Below, one piece after another: positions 14,201 through 26,162 of a stretch of DNA of 64,000 nt. This stretch comes from Chrysomallon squamiferum (taxonomy: Eukaryota > Animalia > Mollusca), in the NCBI GenBank assembly GCA_012295275.1, contig CM022671.1, positions 36,642,001 through 36,706,000 of the forward strand, read 5' to 3'. Positions within the stretch are counted from its first letter, which is position 1, and every line of letters starts with the position of its first letter. The position numbers were made by a program, and so were the translations under genes. The notes under the pieces were generated by a model. The model was not told where the DNA came from. It searched no databases and saw only the letters and a program-made list of their open reading frames with translations.

Positions 14201-17200
14201 TTGTATCTTGCATTAACATGCTCTTTTTATGCGACATTACCACACTGTTTTATATAACACATTATAAAGGAGATATTAATAGACTTTATTTATATCTGAC
14301 ATAAGTTTATTTACATCTCATATTAGCATTCTTATTTACATCTGATATTAACATGTGTATTTATATCTGACATTAACATGTTTATTTATGTCTGATATTA
14401 ACATGTTTACTTATATCTGACGTTAACATGTTTATTTATATCTGATATTAACATGTTTATTTATATATGACATTAACATGTTTATTTATATCTGATGTTA
14501 ACATGTTTATTTATATCTGATAATAACATGTTTATTTATATCTGATGTTAACATGTTTATTTATATCTGATATTAACATGTTTATTTATATCTGACTTTA
14601 ACATGTTTATTTATATCTGATATTAACATGTTTATTTATATCTGACGTTAACATGTTTATTTATATCTGATATTAACATGTTTATTTATATATGACATTA
14701 ACATGTTTATTTATATCTGATATTAACATGTTTATTTATATCTGATGTTAACATGTTTATTATTTATATCTGACTTTAACAAGATCTATTTCATGTGTTA
14801 TTAACAAATATTGTTTTATATTTGAATTTGAATTTCTGATACAGCTGAGTAGTTTTAAACTTGCTGTGTGGTGTAGGTAATGTTAAGACGTGTTGTTAAG
14901 TAACTGACTGTGTGTAAGGAGATTAGGCTGTGAATACATTGTTGTCTGCTTAATATAATAAAACCCTTACGCTTCACTAGTTTGATTTATGGGGTTGTAT
15001 CAAGCATTCTTCTCTTCGGGTTTTAACTAGATATTAACGTTAGGACAGCTTTAATATCATCTGAACAAATAATTTATATCATATAAAACTTTTTAATGTT
15101 GTATTTTCTTTCTAGAGTACTTTGTGTTTGAATTCTAGTTAATAATAAATTTAAGCTTTATTAACAGGGTACCAATCTTGAGAACTAATCTTCAGTGACA
15201 AATGTTAAATAAAATAAAATAATATAAAAAATTAAGTAAAAATTAAGTAAAAGAAAAAAGAAAAGAAAGAAAGAAAAAGTATATTTTTTTGTTTTGCTTT
15301 TAATGGACAAAACATTTAAAAGATGTAAAATGTTTCAAATACAGCAAATTTTACAGGTTTTGAGTCAGCCCCCGTTTTATATGTACATTGCATGTAAGCT
15401 TCATTAAATAAAGCTTTCTAAATGACTGGTATTCAGTAATCTAATTTAGTACTTGCAGTGACTGTAAGAGCAGTGAGTTCACAGGTTTTTATTTCAAATC
15501 ATATCACACTTTGCTCTGTCATGTAAGGATTTCCTTCCTAGATAGTGTCATTCACTGGACTCATACAGTTGATTTCTAAGCAGAGTTTACAAGAATGTTT
15601 GTTTTTTTCTTAAATATATCATATAATTTTTTATTATATTCCTATTGAGAGACCTAATCAGTAAGAAAGGTGAAATCTATCAGTGAATACATCTGGTTTA
15701 TCGAAAAGTGTTAAATGTTCGGTGCAAATGTATTAAACACTTGATAAAAGTATAAAATGTTTTGATGTATGTTTTAAATGTATGACATAAAAGTATTAAA
15801 TATTTTATATAAAAGTACTAAGTGCTTGATATAAAAGTGTATCTTTTTGGTATGACTGTTAAATTCTTGACTTATGATTGTCAAACAGTTATAAACGAGA
15901 ATTAACTGCTTCATCATGCAAGTGTTACATAAAGGAGATGTGACGTGTTAAAAATAAACTAGTGTTATATTGATACACGTTGACATTCAGGTCGTCTGCT
16001 TGGACATCATGGAAGTATTAGACTAGACAAGGGTGAAGTGACGGAGGCTGAGGAGTTACTGAAGGAAGCGCTTGATTTTGCTGACGAATCTGTGAATAAC
16101 ATCCCTCTTACAGCCACCATCTTGTACAATCTGGGATTACTCAGGTATATATTTTTGTACAATCTGGGATTATTCATATATATATATCTTGTACAAACTG
16201 GGATTACTCAGAGATATATCTTGTACAAACTGGGATTACTCAGAGATATATCTTGTACAAACTGGGATTACTCAGGTATATATTTTTGTACAATCTGGGA
16301 TTATTCATATATATATATCTTGTACAAACTGGGATTACTCAGAGATATATCTTGTACAAACTGGGATTACTCAGGATATATTTTGTACAATTTGGGATTA
16401 GTCATGTGTAAATCTTGAACAGTCTGGGATTACTCATGTATATATCTTGTACAAATCTGGGATTACAAACTGGGATTACTCATGTATTTATTTTGTACAA
16501 TCTTGGATTACTCAGGTATACATTTTGTACAATCTGAGATTAGTTGGAGATATATCTTTTACAAATTGGGATTACTCATGTATACATCTTGAACAATCTA
16601 CAACTCAGGCATTTATCATGTACAATCTGGGATTAGTCAGATATATATCTTGTACAATCTGTGTTTAATCAGAGATATATCTTATACAATCTTGGATTAC
16701 TCAGAGATGTATCTTGTACAATCTTGGATTACTCAGAGATATATCTTGTACAATCATCTGGGATTACTCAGGTAGAGATGTGGTTTAGTCTAGGATTACT
16801 CATGTTGAGTTATTGAAAATCTAGGATTACTTATAAAGAGGTGTTTTTCAGCCTACAATTACACAGGTGTCAGTTTGTGATTATTCTGAATATTGCTCTT
16901 GTTTTTATAGTAGAAAAGTGTGGTTTGTTGTGATGATGTTATAGTAGAAAAGTGTGGTTGTTGTTGTGATGTTGTTATAGTAGAAAAGTGAGGTTGTTGT
17001 GATGTTGTAGTAGAAATGCGTGGTTGTTGTGATGTTATAGTAGAAAAATGTTGTTGTTGTGATGTTTTAGTAGAAAAGTGTGGTTGTTGTGATGTTGTTA
17101 TAGTAGAAAAGTGGTTGTTGTGATGTTGTTATAGTAGAAAAGTGTGATTGTGATGTTGTTTTAGTAGAAAAGTGTGCTTGTTGTGATGTTATAGTAGAAA

Positions 17201-20200
17201 AGTGTGGTTGTTGTGATGATGTTATAGTATAAAAGTGTGGTTGTTGTGATGTTTTAGTATAAAAGTGTGATTGTTGTGATGTTTTAGTATAAAAGTGTGG
17301 TTGTTGTGATGTTTTAGTATAAAAGTGTGGTTGTTGTGATGTTGTTTTAGTATAAAAGTGTGGTTGTTGTGATGTTGTTTTAGTATAAAAGTGTGGTTGT
17401 TGTGATGTTGTTTTAGTATAAAAGTGTGGTTGTTGTGATGTTGTTTTAGTATAAAAGTGTGGTTGTTGTGATGTTGTTTTAGTATAAAAGTGTGGTTGTT
17501 GTGATGTTGTTTTAGTATAAAAGTGTGGTTGTTGTGATGTTGTTTTAGTATAAAAGTGTGGTTGTTCTGATGTTGTTTTAGTATAAAAGTGTGGTTGTTG
17601 TGATGTTGTTTTAGTATAAAAGTGTGGTTGTTCTGATGTTTTAGTATAAAACTGTGGTTGTTGTGATGTTGTTATAGTATAAAAGTGTGGTTGTTGTGAT
17701 GTTGTTTTAGTATAAAAGTGTGGTTGTTGTGATGTTGTTGCAGAGCGAAGCAGGGAGACACTGCGCGGGCGGAGTCCTGTTTGCGGCAGTCTCTCACTCT
17801 GAGAGAACAGTGGTTTGGTAAAACACACACACTCGTAGCAGACGTCCTGTCAGGCCTCGCTAAACTCCTGTCTGCTGATCACAAAGGGTAAGAACTGCAC
17901 GCACACACATTCCTATATATACATATACACATAAGTTTTCAGCTGTTGTAAATATGTTTAAATACAGATCTATTTTTCAGCTGTTGTAAACATGTTTAAA
18001 TATAGATGTATTTTTCATTTGCTGTAAACATGTTTAAATACAGATGTATTTTTCAGCTGTTGTAAACATGTTTAAATACAAATGTATTTTTCAGCTGTTG
18101 TAAACATGTTTTAATTCAGATGTATTTTTCAGTTGTTGTAAACATATTTAAATACAGATGTATTGTTCAGCTGTTGTAAACATGTTTAAATACAGATGTA
18201 TTTTTCAGATGTTGTAAACATGTTTAAATACAGATGCATTTTTCAGCTGTTGTCAACATGTTTAAATACAGGTGTATTTCTCAGCTGTTGTAAACATGTT
18301 TTAATTCAGATGTATTTTTCAGTTGTTGTAAACATGTTTAAATACAGATGTATTTTTAAGCTGTTGTAAACATGTTTAAATACAGATGTATTTTTCAGAT
18401 GTTTAAACATGTTTAAATACAGATGTATTTTTAGGCTGTTTAAATACAGATGTATTTTTTAGTTGTTGTAAACATGTTTAAATACAGATGTATTTTTAGG
18501 CTGTTTAAATACAGATGTATTTTTTAGTTGTTGTAAACATGTTTAAATACAGATGTATTTTTTACTTGTTGTAAACATGTTTAAATACAGATTTTAGCTG
18601 TTGTAAACATTTAAATACAGATGTGTTTTTCAGATGTTTAAACATGTTTAAATACAGATGTATTTTTCAGCTGTTGTAAACATGTTTAAATACAGATGTG
18701 TTTTTCAGCTGTTTAAACATGTTTAAATACAGATGTATTTTTCAGCTGTTTAAACATGTTTAAATACAGATGTATTTTTTAGTTGTTGTAAACATTTAAA
18801 TACAGATGTGTTTTTCAGATGTTTAAACATGTTTAAATACAGATGTATTTTTTAGTTGTTGTAAACGTTTAAATACAGATGTATTTTTCAGCTGTGATAA
18901 GGTGCAGGCTGAACATCTGTATCGGAGGGTTATACAGATACGAGAAGATTGTCTGGGCAGCAAACATCTCCGTACAGCTGACACTCTGTTTTTATTAGGT
19001 ATTTATTAACCTTTATGGTCCATAACCTCCTTTAATTACGTTTATTTTATTATTTGTTTTCTAACTGTTACAGAAACATGTACATGTTTTAAGTGTTTGT
19101 TTGTTACAGGTTGTCTTATTGGTCAGCAAACAAGTTTGACAGCAAAGAATGAATCCATAAAACTCCTCAAACAAGCACTGGACATTACAACAAGTCATCT
19201 AGGTAAACATTTCTTTGTAATGTTGAATGTTTGTAATATATAAAATATGTGTAATGTTTAGTGTTTGTAATATATAAAATATGTATAATGTTTAATGTTT
19301 GTATTATATAAAATATGTATAATGTTTAATGTTTGTAATATATAAAATATGTGTAATGTTTAGTGTCGACTTTGTTTGACTTTTTGTTTTATAGAAAAAG
19401 ATAATTAAATGGGGTTTTTTGTTTGTTTTTTGTGTCTGACTTGTAGGAGTGTCAAACTGCCATACAAAGAAGATACAGAAGGCGCTGACAAACCAGGAAG
19501 TGATGTTGCGACTGGGAAACTACGAGTTCGGACATGCTAAGCCAATGGATATGAGAAGCAGGAACAACCCGTTCAGTACTCTGACTCTGCGAGACAAAGA
19601 CTTGAAAAAACTTCAACCAAAAACTGCCTTAGAGAAACCCATTTACGAAGCGCTCAACATCCGCGCAGTCACTCGCGAGGAAATGCTGCATTACAGTCGA
19701 CCGATCAGTTTCATCGGCAGCGCCAACAGCTTCCTGAGTGCATCAGAGAAGCTGTACACCGAGAGCGAGCGACTGCTGAGGAGAAACTCGATTGAGAGAA
19801 AACTGAAACTGGAGAGTTCTCCTCTGCCCCGCTCTCGCCTCACCGTGGACATGAACTTTGTGGCTGACTCCACGTCCGCTGGTGAAATGCACAAAGACAT
19901 GATACTGGACACGTTTGCGGTGGACGCTGACATGGAGGTGCAGGAAAAACAGACTCCGCCCCAAAAAGCTGTCAAATCACGGATAAAGAGTCGACCTCAG
20001 AGCGACCCGTTCAAGACTTTCATCAGGTTTGCTAGCGCAAGCAGTGAACGTAGTCATATGTCGTCACGGCTGCCAGCTTCAGCCAAGAGTCGTAGCAAGT
20101 CGGCATCGTCCTCTACAGCACCACCATCATCATCATCAGCAGCAGCAAATGTGAGATGCCATGATATACGATGCACTGTACCATCTCCACATTCACTTCA

Positions 20201-20606
20201 CACTATCAACCACCAGACAGTGGTCGGTCCTCACAGCACCGTGGCCAGTCTGCTGAACACAAAGTCTCAGAGTTCGAGAAACTCGAACCATCAGCATCAC
20301 TCTGCCTGGTACCACGTCCCGGGACGATACTCAACTCCAGAAAAAGTTTATCCAGCAAAACGAAACCAGAGCAGACCTTCGTCAGTGGTTTCCACCCAGT
20401 CTCGCCAGTCGCGACCTAGGAGCATGTCAAGTCACTCCACCGTCATGTCTAGACAGAGCAGAAGTGATGTGAAGTTTGTACTGTCTGGACAGTCAGACAC
20501 TCAGACAGCTTACAATAACGAGGCGAGCAATGAAAATCATTGCATCGAGAAAGTCGTTTCTTCTACATCCACAGTCACATTTCAAGACACAGTCACTGTG
20601 GCATAG
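3248..20606 (+). CDS. TTC41: TTC41-like protein: DUF4062-like N-terminus, NACHT-like P-loop NTPase, TPR repeats, Ser-rich tail; 18 coding exons, about 1548 aa
   Basis: Exons with GT-AG ends and consistent phases: 3248-4037, 4543-4750, 4972-5195, 5401-5576, 6648-7089, 8263-8505, 9211-9415, 9724-9889, 10836-10901, 11517-11573, 12905-12983, 13310-13452, 13954-14143, 15991-16144, 17744-17887, 18892-18998, 19110-19202, 19447-20606 (sum 4647 nt = 1549 codons, no internal stop). Motifs: PYICST..DF..ERDFL, LGECYG, SITELEI (DUF4062-like); Walker A GDRGAGKS; Walker B VLVLDGIDEL; TPR helices (AESCLRQSLTLREQWFGKTH, AEHLYRRVIQIREDCLGSKH). The family name comes from recalled similarity to TTC41/GNN. The short exons 9-11 are the least certain. 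Confidence 0.85.
4273..4556 (+). repeat. 27-bp minisatellite (ACAGTGAAATGTATAGTTTTGTTTCAG) ending on the intron 1 acceptor
   Basis: About 10 tandem copies; the last ends in the AG at 4541-4542, and the exon start ACAATGAAACATAT resembles the start of the unit. Confidence 0.95.
5690..6625 (+). repeat. 19-bp minisatellite (AGTACAGTGTGAGTTTAAT/AGT) filling TTC41-like intron 4
   Basis: About 48 degenerate copies; ends about 20 nt before the acceptor at 6647. Confidence 0.95.
7300..7820 (+). repeat. 30-bp minisatellite (CTTTATGCCTATCTCTCCATTCTTATATAA) in intron 5
   Basis: About 17 copies, visible as 10-aa periodicity in the ORFs at 7355 and 7383. Confidence 0.95.
8483..9113 (+). repeat. 38-bp minisatellite spanning the exon 6 donor
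   Basis: Unit CATCATCCAGTACATACTGTTAA|GTTAGTATTTAACAT, about 16 copies; the first copy is the last 23 nt of exon 6 plus 15 nt of intron. Confidence 0.95.
10018..10815 (+). repeat. 29-bp minisatellite (GTATGTATTTATGTAACACTACAAGTCAG) in intron 8
   Basis: About 27 copies; unit junctions read CAG|GTATGT or CAG|ATATGT; ends about 20 nt before the acceptor at 10835. Confidence 0.95.
11585..12545 (+). repeat. TG-rich minisatellite of about 26 bp (GTTTATCTGTCATATGTGTGTTTGT) in intron 10
   Basis: Starts about 10 nt after the donor at 11574; source of the spurious Cys/Val-rich ORFs. Confidence 0.9.
14158..14785 (+). repeat. 25-bp minisatellite (TTATATCTGATATTAACATGTTTAT) in intron 13
   Basis: Degenerate copies begin about 15 nt after the donor at 14144 and become homogeneous from about 14340. 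Confidence 0.9.
16121..16830 (+). repeat. Minisatellite of about 31-33 bp spanning the exon 14 donor
   Basis: Unit CTTGTACAATCTGGGATTACTCAG|GTATATAT; the first copy is the exon end encoding LYNLGLLR. Confidence 0.92.
16905..17743 (+). repeat. Minisatellite of about 30-33 bp (TAGTATAAAAGTGTGGTTGTTGTGATGTTGTTT) ending on the intron 14 acceptor
   Basis: About 26 copies; the terminal copy ends GTTGTTGCAG at 17743, the real acceptor. Confidence 0.95.
17935..18896 (+). repeat. 38-bp minisatellite spanning the intron 15 acceptor
   Basis: Unit TTTTTCAG|CTGTTGTAAACATGTTTAAATACAGATGTA, about 25 copies; the last copy is the true acceptor TTTTTCAG|CTGTG at 18891/18892. Confidence 0.95.
19213..19365 (+). 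repeat. 34-bp minisatellite in intron 17
   Basis: AATGTTTGTAATATATAAAATATGTGTAATGTTT, about 4 copies, starting about 10 nt after the donor. Confidence 0.85.
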
Positions 20607-21019
20607 TACATTACTGCTATTATTGTTATTATTGTTATTATTAATTATCGTTATTTTTATTACGAATTTGTACAGAATGAAGAATATTATATACTCTTGT
20701 TTTCATTTTTGACAAAATATTTTAGAAACGAGGAAAAAAATAAATATAAAAAAACAACAAAAAACTAAAAATTATACCATTTTCTCCCATATAATAATAA
20801 TAATAATAATAATACAAAGATATTTCTCTACACATATAATCTGAATTTTCTCTGTAATTTTAATTTTTATTATTATATATATAAAACCTTTTTATGTTTT
20901 ACATTTTATAATACATTATGCTGGAAACAAAAATGTTATAAGTTGGAAGTAAACTGGCACGCAGAGTAAAACTTGTAAACTACAGATATGAAAGCAGACA
21001 TGTTACTGGGGGCTGATTC

Positions 21020-21280
21020 TTCAGAACATGGCAACTAAACATTCTGTAACGAGGCCAATACAGAACACTGGAACTAAATATCTTGTAATGTGGCAAATTC
21101 TATAGAACACTAAAACTAAATTCTTGTAAGGTGGGAAATTCTATTGAACACTGGAACAAATATCTTGTAATGTGGCCTTTCTGTAGAACACTGGAACTAA
21201 AAATTGTGTAAGGTAATGAAAATTCTATAGAGGACTGGAACTAAAGACCTTGTAAAGTGGAGAATGTTCAGCAGAACCAA
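21020..21280 (+). repeat. Degenerate repeat of about 41 bp downstream of the TTC41-like stop
   Basis: AGAACACTGGAACTAAATATCTTGTAATGTGGCAAATTCTAT-like units, about 6 copies. Confidence 0.75.
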
Positions 21281-22548
21281 AGTAAACTGAGAAAGTAAAG
21301 TATTCAGTGTTTCATCAGACTCGTAGTTAATGTTTACAACTGCCACAAACTGACCAACAATACATTTTGTTTTTAATTTAAATTTTGTTTCATACATTTA
21401 ATTTAATTTTTATCATAATTTTTTTTTTTCCTATATACAGTAATTGTTTTATTAAAAACAAATCAGTGTTTATATATCATTTTTACACTTTCGATTATCA
21501 TTATTTGTAATTATTCATGTTTATTTGTTATACTTAGGTTTTAATCTATTATTTGTTAAAATATTTATTAGTTAAACTTGAGTGTGAAAATTAACGCTGT
21601 CTGTAATGTAGATTTTTACTTGTTGCAGTCTTTGGTAAATGTAATAATCATGTAATTTTCGTGTAAATGTAATAATCATGTGTCCATTCATCCGTCCACA
21701 AAGAAAAGTCAAAAATTCACCTGAAGATTTTTATCGTATTTCTGGTTAGTAAGTACATTGTCAACTATTCTGACAGTTTTCTATACTTTATCTTCTTTTA
21801 ACATATCCGTTTATTTTGTACTGAAATAAATAAATAAATAAAAAGGAAAATATTTAAATCAGAATTAATAACAGTATCATTTAGTTAGTACGAAAACAAG
21901 TTTGTTAATACTGTATTCAAAGAAAGAAAAAAGTTATTATCTTCATTAAAAACGCATTCCAATAAATGTACTAATTTTCAAAAAACTGTCGTATTCATTT
22001 TTAAATATATATATATATTCTGTGTTAAATGTTGTATAGACTGTAAATTTTAAATATCATAATGTTAAAACAATCGGATATTTCTCAAACATTTTCAGTA
22101 GTTTTTTTATTTACTGTCAGCATTAGAATTCTAATTACATTATACTTACCTCATTTATTTATTTATTTATTTATTTATTTATAATTATTATTATTAGTTA
22201 AATTTACAAAATGAAGACATTAATGTATTTAAATGTATGTATTTAAGCAAATTAAACCACATTTCATTTCGTGTCTGGCTTGTGTTTTTGCAGCTGTGAA
22301 AGACATTTCTTAATTTGTTTTAGGATTACGAGCCATCAGTATTTATATATTTATTGTAAAAAAAAAAAAAAATAATAACTTTTCCAGGCTATGAGTTTCT
22401 GGGATAATTATTCGTTGTTTTTACGGAAAAGAGAATATTACAAAACATAATTTGAATTAGCTGTAATCTGAAAGAGCACTGAATTAGTTGCAGTTTGGAG
22501 TTGAGAAGCAAGTAATAACAGCTCCCTCGCGACGGAAATAGAGTTGAA

Positions 22549-22566
22549 TGACGTCACTTCTATAAG
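22549..22566 (+). promoter_or_regulatory. Full CRE (TGACGTCA) followed by a TATA-like TATAAG
   Basis: TGACGTCACTTCTATAAG, lying where CpG becomes frequent; motif match only. Confidence 0.3.
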
Positions 22567-23107
22567 GTTTACGTGACATTGACCTAAAACAACTTGGTCT
22601 GTTGCCAGGATCTAAGTTAGGTCTCTCGTGGCAAAATGTCAAAGGTCACGACTTACACACAATGCTTTGGCAGTATCTATAAAGGACTATTTCCCTGGGA
22701 AAAGTAATTATTTGATCCCATCATGCAGTGCGCTGCGAAGCAGTCTGAATAGTTGTTGGTTGAAAAACTTTGTTTTCCCCTGCATAGAAAAGCGTGTAAT
22801 TTTATTGCGTATTTCAGGTGTGGTTAGTCTAATATTCTTTATATACAGTGTTTTTAGTGTCAGCTCTATACAGATAATTTACCTAATTAAAAAAATAAAA
22901 ATAAAAAATAGGATAAAGAAAGAAATTCCGCTTCTAAGTTATATTAGCTTGTTGGGCAATGTGCAGTAATTCGTAAAATAATAAAATATAAATGTTATAA
23001 AACATTTCAACGCCGACATTTGACTCCTTCGCAACCGGAACGGAGCATGCCTTACAGAAAACTATTATGACTGACTAGTAGAAAATACTTTAAAACAAAC
23101 CGGTCTC

Positions 23108-23258
23108 AACTGAACGCGATGACATCACAACTACAAAAAAGATGGTAGCGTACCAAATATTTAAAAACTACAGTTTGAATGTTTTACTTTGTCATGAAAT
23201 ATATATATATATATACGCTACCATTTTGTTTGTAGTTGTGATGTCATCGCATTCAGTT
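23108..23258. repeat. 45-bp imperfect inverted repeat (foldback or MITE-like)
   Basis: Arm 23108-23152 AACTGAACGCGATGACATCACAACTACAAAAAAGATGGTAGCGTA matches the reverse complement of 23214-23258 with about 3 mismatches. Confidence 0.9.
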
Positions 23259-23498
23259 AAGTTATTAATATATAAATTAATAAATGGGAAAAAAATAAAA
23301 CGATAAATTCTTATGCTTTTCCTTCTTTTTCTATATTTCATCTTAATTCTTATTTTTAAATTATTGTGTTTTATATATATATACATATATATATAACTGA
23401 ATAGAAAATAAGGAAGAAAGGAAACTGGAGAGTGGAATAAATAAAATACTGTCTAATGAAAGACTAAATGAATGTAAAATGAACAAACAAACAAAACA

Positions 23499-23529
<31 letters not shown>

Positions 23530-24423
23530 ATAGTTTTACTGCTTGGAATATATGTTAATTTATTAGTGTCTGACATTTAAGTGTAAATCAACTGACCATT
23601 TCCTCAAAATACAGAGGCAATTACGTTTCCCGTCTTTTTCAGTTTTTTTTTTTTTTTTTTTTTTTTTGATATTTTGCCAGACTATTTAAATTTTCGAAAA
23701 CATAATAATTCATAAAATACTAGCTGAATAAACAGAGACGTTTGTTCGGAATAACGTCAAGCACCACAAAGAAACGGAAATATGGATTTTTGGATAATTT
23801 GATATTTGAGTTTGTTCTCCTTCAAAGAAATATAACGTTATCACACTTCGGAAACAAACGACAAATGTTCAGTACTTTTTAATGTGCATGTTTGTCTTGT
23901 TAATTAATACAGACAGTCAAAGAATCTGATGGATAATTAGATAAATTCAGAGATACACACTTGTGTATATGTATGTATATACACATGACACATAAAGTGT
24001 AATAAATAAACTATGTAAAGAAGTAAATAATAGATATTTTCGTATTTTAATTTTCATAAAATAAACTGGACTTTATGAAATATAAAATTTCCTTGTTAAC
24101 ACTTCTGTCTCTCAAACTAATGGATGAAAACAAAAAATAAATATGAAAAATTTTACAAATTCCTTTCAGTTCTGGTTGAATAAGTGTTTTATTTAAGTTG
24201 TGTTTATCCGGATATTACAGAGCTAACATGTTCAGTTTGTTGTTACATTTATGAAATGCATGCACTGATTATTGTTAGCGCATACTGTACGTTATGCAAT
24301 GTGCTACGATTTCTGCTTTCTCAAACAAGGAAATACAGCGTGAAAATGTTTTCATTCAGTGAATTACTTTATCGGCTGGTCGCACCCAAAAACAAACCTT
24401 TCAGTTTGCTTCTTCGACTCCCT

Positions 24424-24441
24424 CTCGCCAGATGGCAGCAC
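24424..24441 (+). promoter_or_regulatory. Candidate CTCF site
   Basis: CTCGCCAGATGGCAGCAC closely matches the CCASYAGRKGGCRS core; motif match only. Confidence 0.4.
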
Positions 24442-24705
24442 TGTGCTAAGTCGTGTGTTTGCTCGCTGCATCGTGAGACTGCAAATCGAATTCTTGCATA
24501 TTTTCTCCTTCCTCTTTCCTTAGACAAATCTGACAGCGGTTTTATCTAATTTGAGTCTTATATTTATTACTTGTAGTAGTAGTTTCTAGTGTATTATTTC
24601 ACGTTTCTGTGAGAACTTTGTATAACTACATAGCTGTCTTTGTATTCGTCATTATGTTCAATGAATATCGAGGGAAATCCAGTATGAAAACTCAGATAAA
24701 TCTGC

Positions 24706-24708
<3 letters not shown>

Positions 24709-24786
<78 letters not shown>
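24709..24786 (+). repeat. (GA)n microsatellite; similar tracts at about 26089-26157, 27140-27226 (TC)n and 30753-30824
   Basis: Pure dinucleotide runs. Confidence 0.97.
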
Positions 24787-24789
<3 letters not shown>

Positions 24790-26086
24790 AACATAATAAA
24801 TATCGTGTGCTACGTGCATGTTTCTGTTTGAGCGAGGTAATCAATGAAATAAACAAAGAGATGTTTTAATCAAGACACAGCAGGGTGTTTCTGTGGAAAC
24901 AAACGTTTAACTTTTACACAAGTGATTTGATCAAATTAGCTCAGTTTGACATTTTGTTGAACGATCTCTTTTTTGCGCTATATCAGTTAACTCCCTTGAT
25001 TAACAGAGGCAGGTAAACAGGAAGAAATCAACAAGCCACATCTGGTCTTGACCTTGGCTTCTGACAACAGGGAGCACTTTGTATATTGACTGCGAGCGAC
25101 AGCCCCTTTGTTGGTACCACCCTAAACTGGACATTAGACTGGACACTCTTTGTACTCTTTATTCAACCCCAGAGGAAATATTTTAACAACTTGTTGTTGT
25201 TGTTGTTTTGTTTTTTCCTTTAAGTTATGAGGGAATGCATGTGCAGATAATTATAAAGGAATAGAAAGGAATTTTTGAAAAACACGGACAGAAATATGAA
25301 TGATTTTGCCCAGCGTCAACAGACGCTCTTACCAAACATAAAAAAAAAAATATATAACATATTGATATATTAAATAATAAATGAACGACGATGATTATAA
25401 AGATGATGATGATGAATAAATAAATAAATAAATAAACCCACAAAAACCCACACACACAAAAAATATTAATAATAGTTTAGAAAACCCCACCATTTTATCG
25501 GTATTATTATTAATTTTTATTGTTTACCACTTTCTTTGTTATGTATTATTATTATCATCACTGTTGTTGTTGTTATTACCGTTGTCAATAAACTAAGTGA
25601 TATCTGAATACAGTTAAGTTATTAGTTTGTGTAATGAATATTTATCTTTGTAATAGCAAATCTCAACAACATCTGTTCTGCTTAAGATAAAGGTTAATTT
25701 TCAGTTCAGTTTTCTCATAGGTAATTAAGAATATAGATGTATTAAAAGAAATTAAAATGTAATATATCGTTAAGTCATAAGCATTGCCTACGGAATGGTA
25801 AGATCACGTTTACAATTTAACTTAGCAAATATATGCATATGTGTGAATATGTTTGTGCCTGTTTGTGTGTGTGTGTGTATTTGTTGTTGTTTTTGTGCTT
25901 ATTTGTGTGTGTGCATGTATTCGTATTACTCTTAATAAATACTTTTGATGAAATGTGCCGAAAAGTTAAATATTATTTATTCATTCAAATAATGCTTGAT
26001 CTATTTGTAAAACAAATCGGACTTAGCATGTTCAAAAACAGAAGTAAAGATCGTCAAGTATTTATATGTAAATATATATGATAAAA

Positions 26087-26162
<76 letters not shown>

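Noticed and set aside
17067-17828. 253-aa minus-strand ORF with TTSQQPHFYTK repeats (mucin-like)
   Set aside because: Antisense translation of the intron 14 minisatellite and TTC41-like exon 15.
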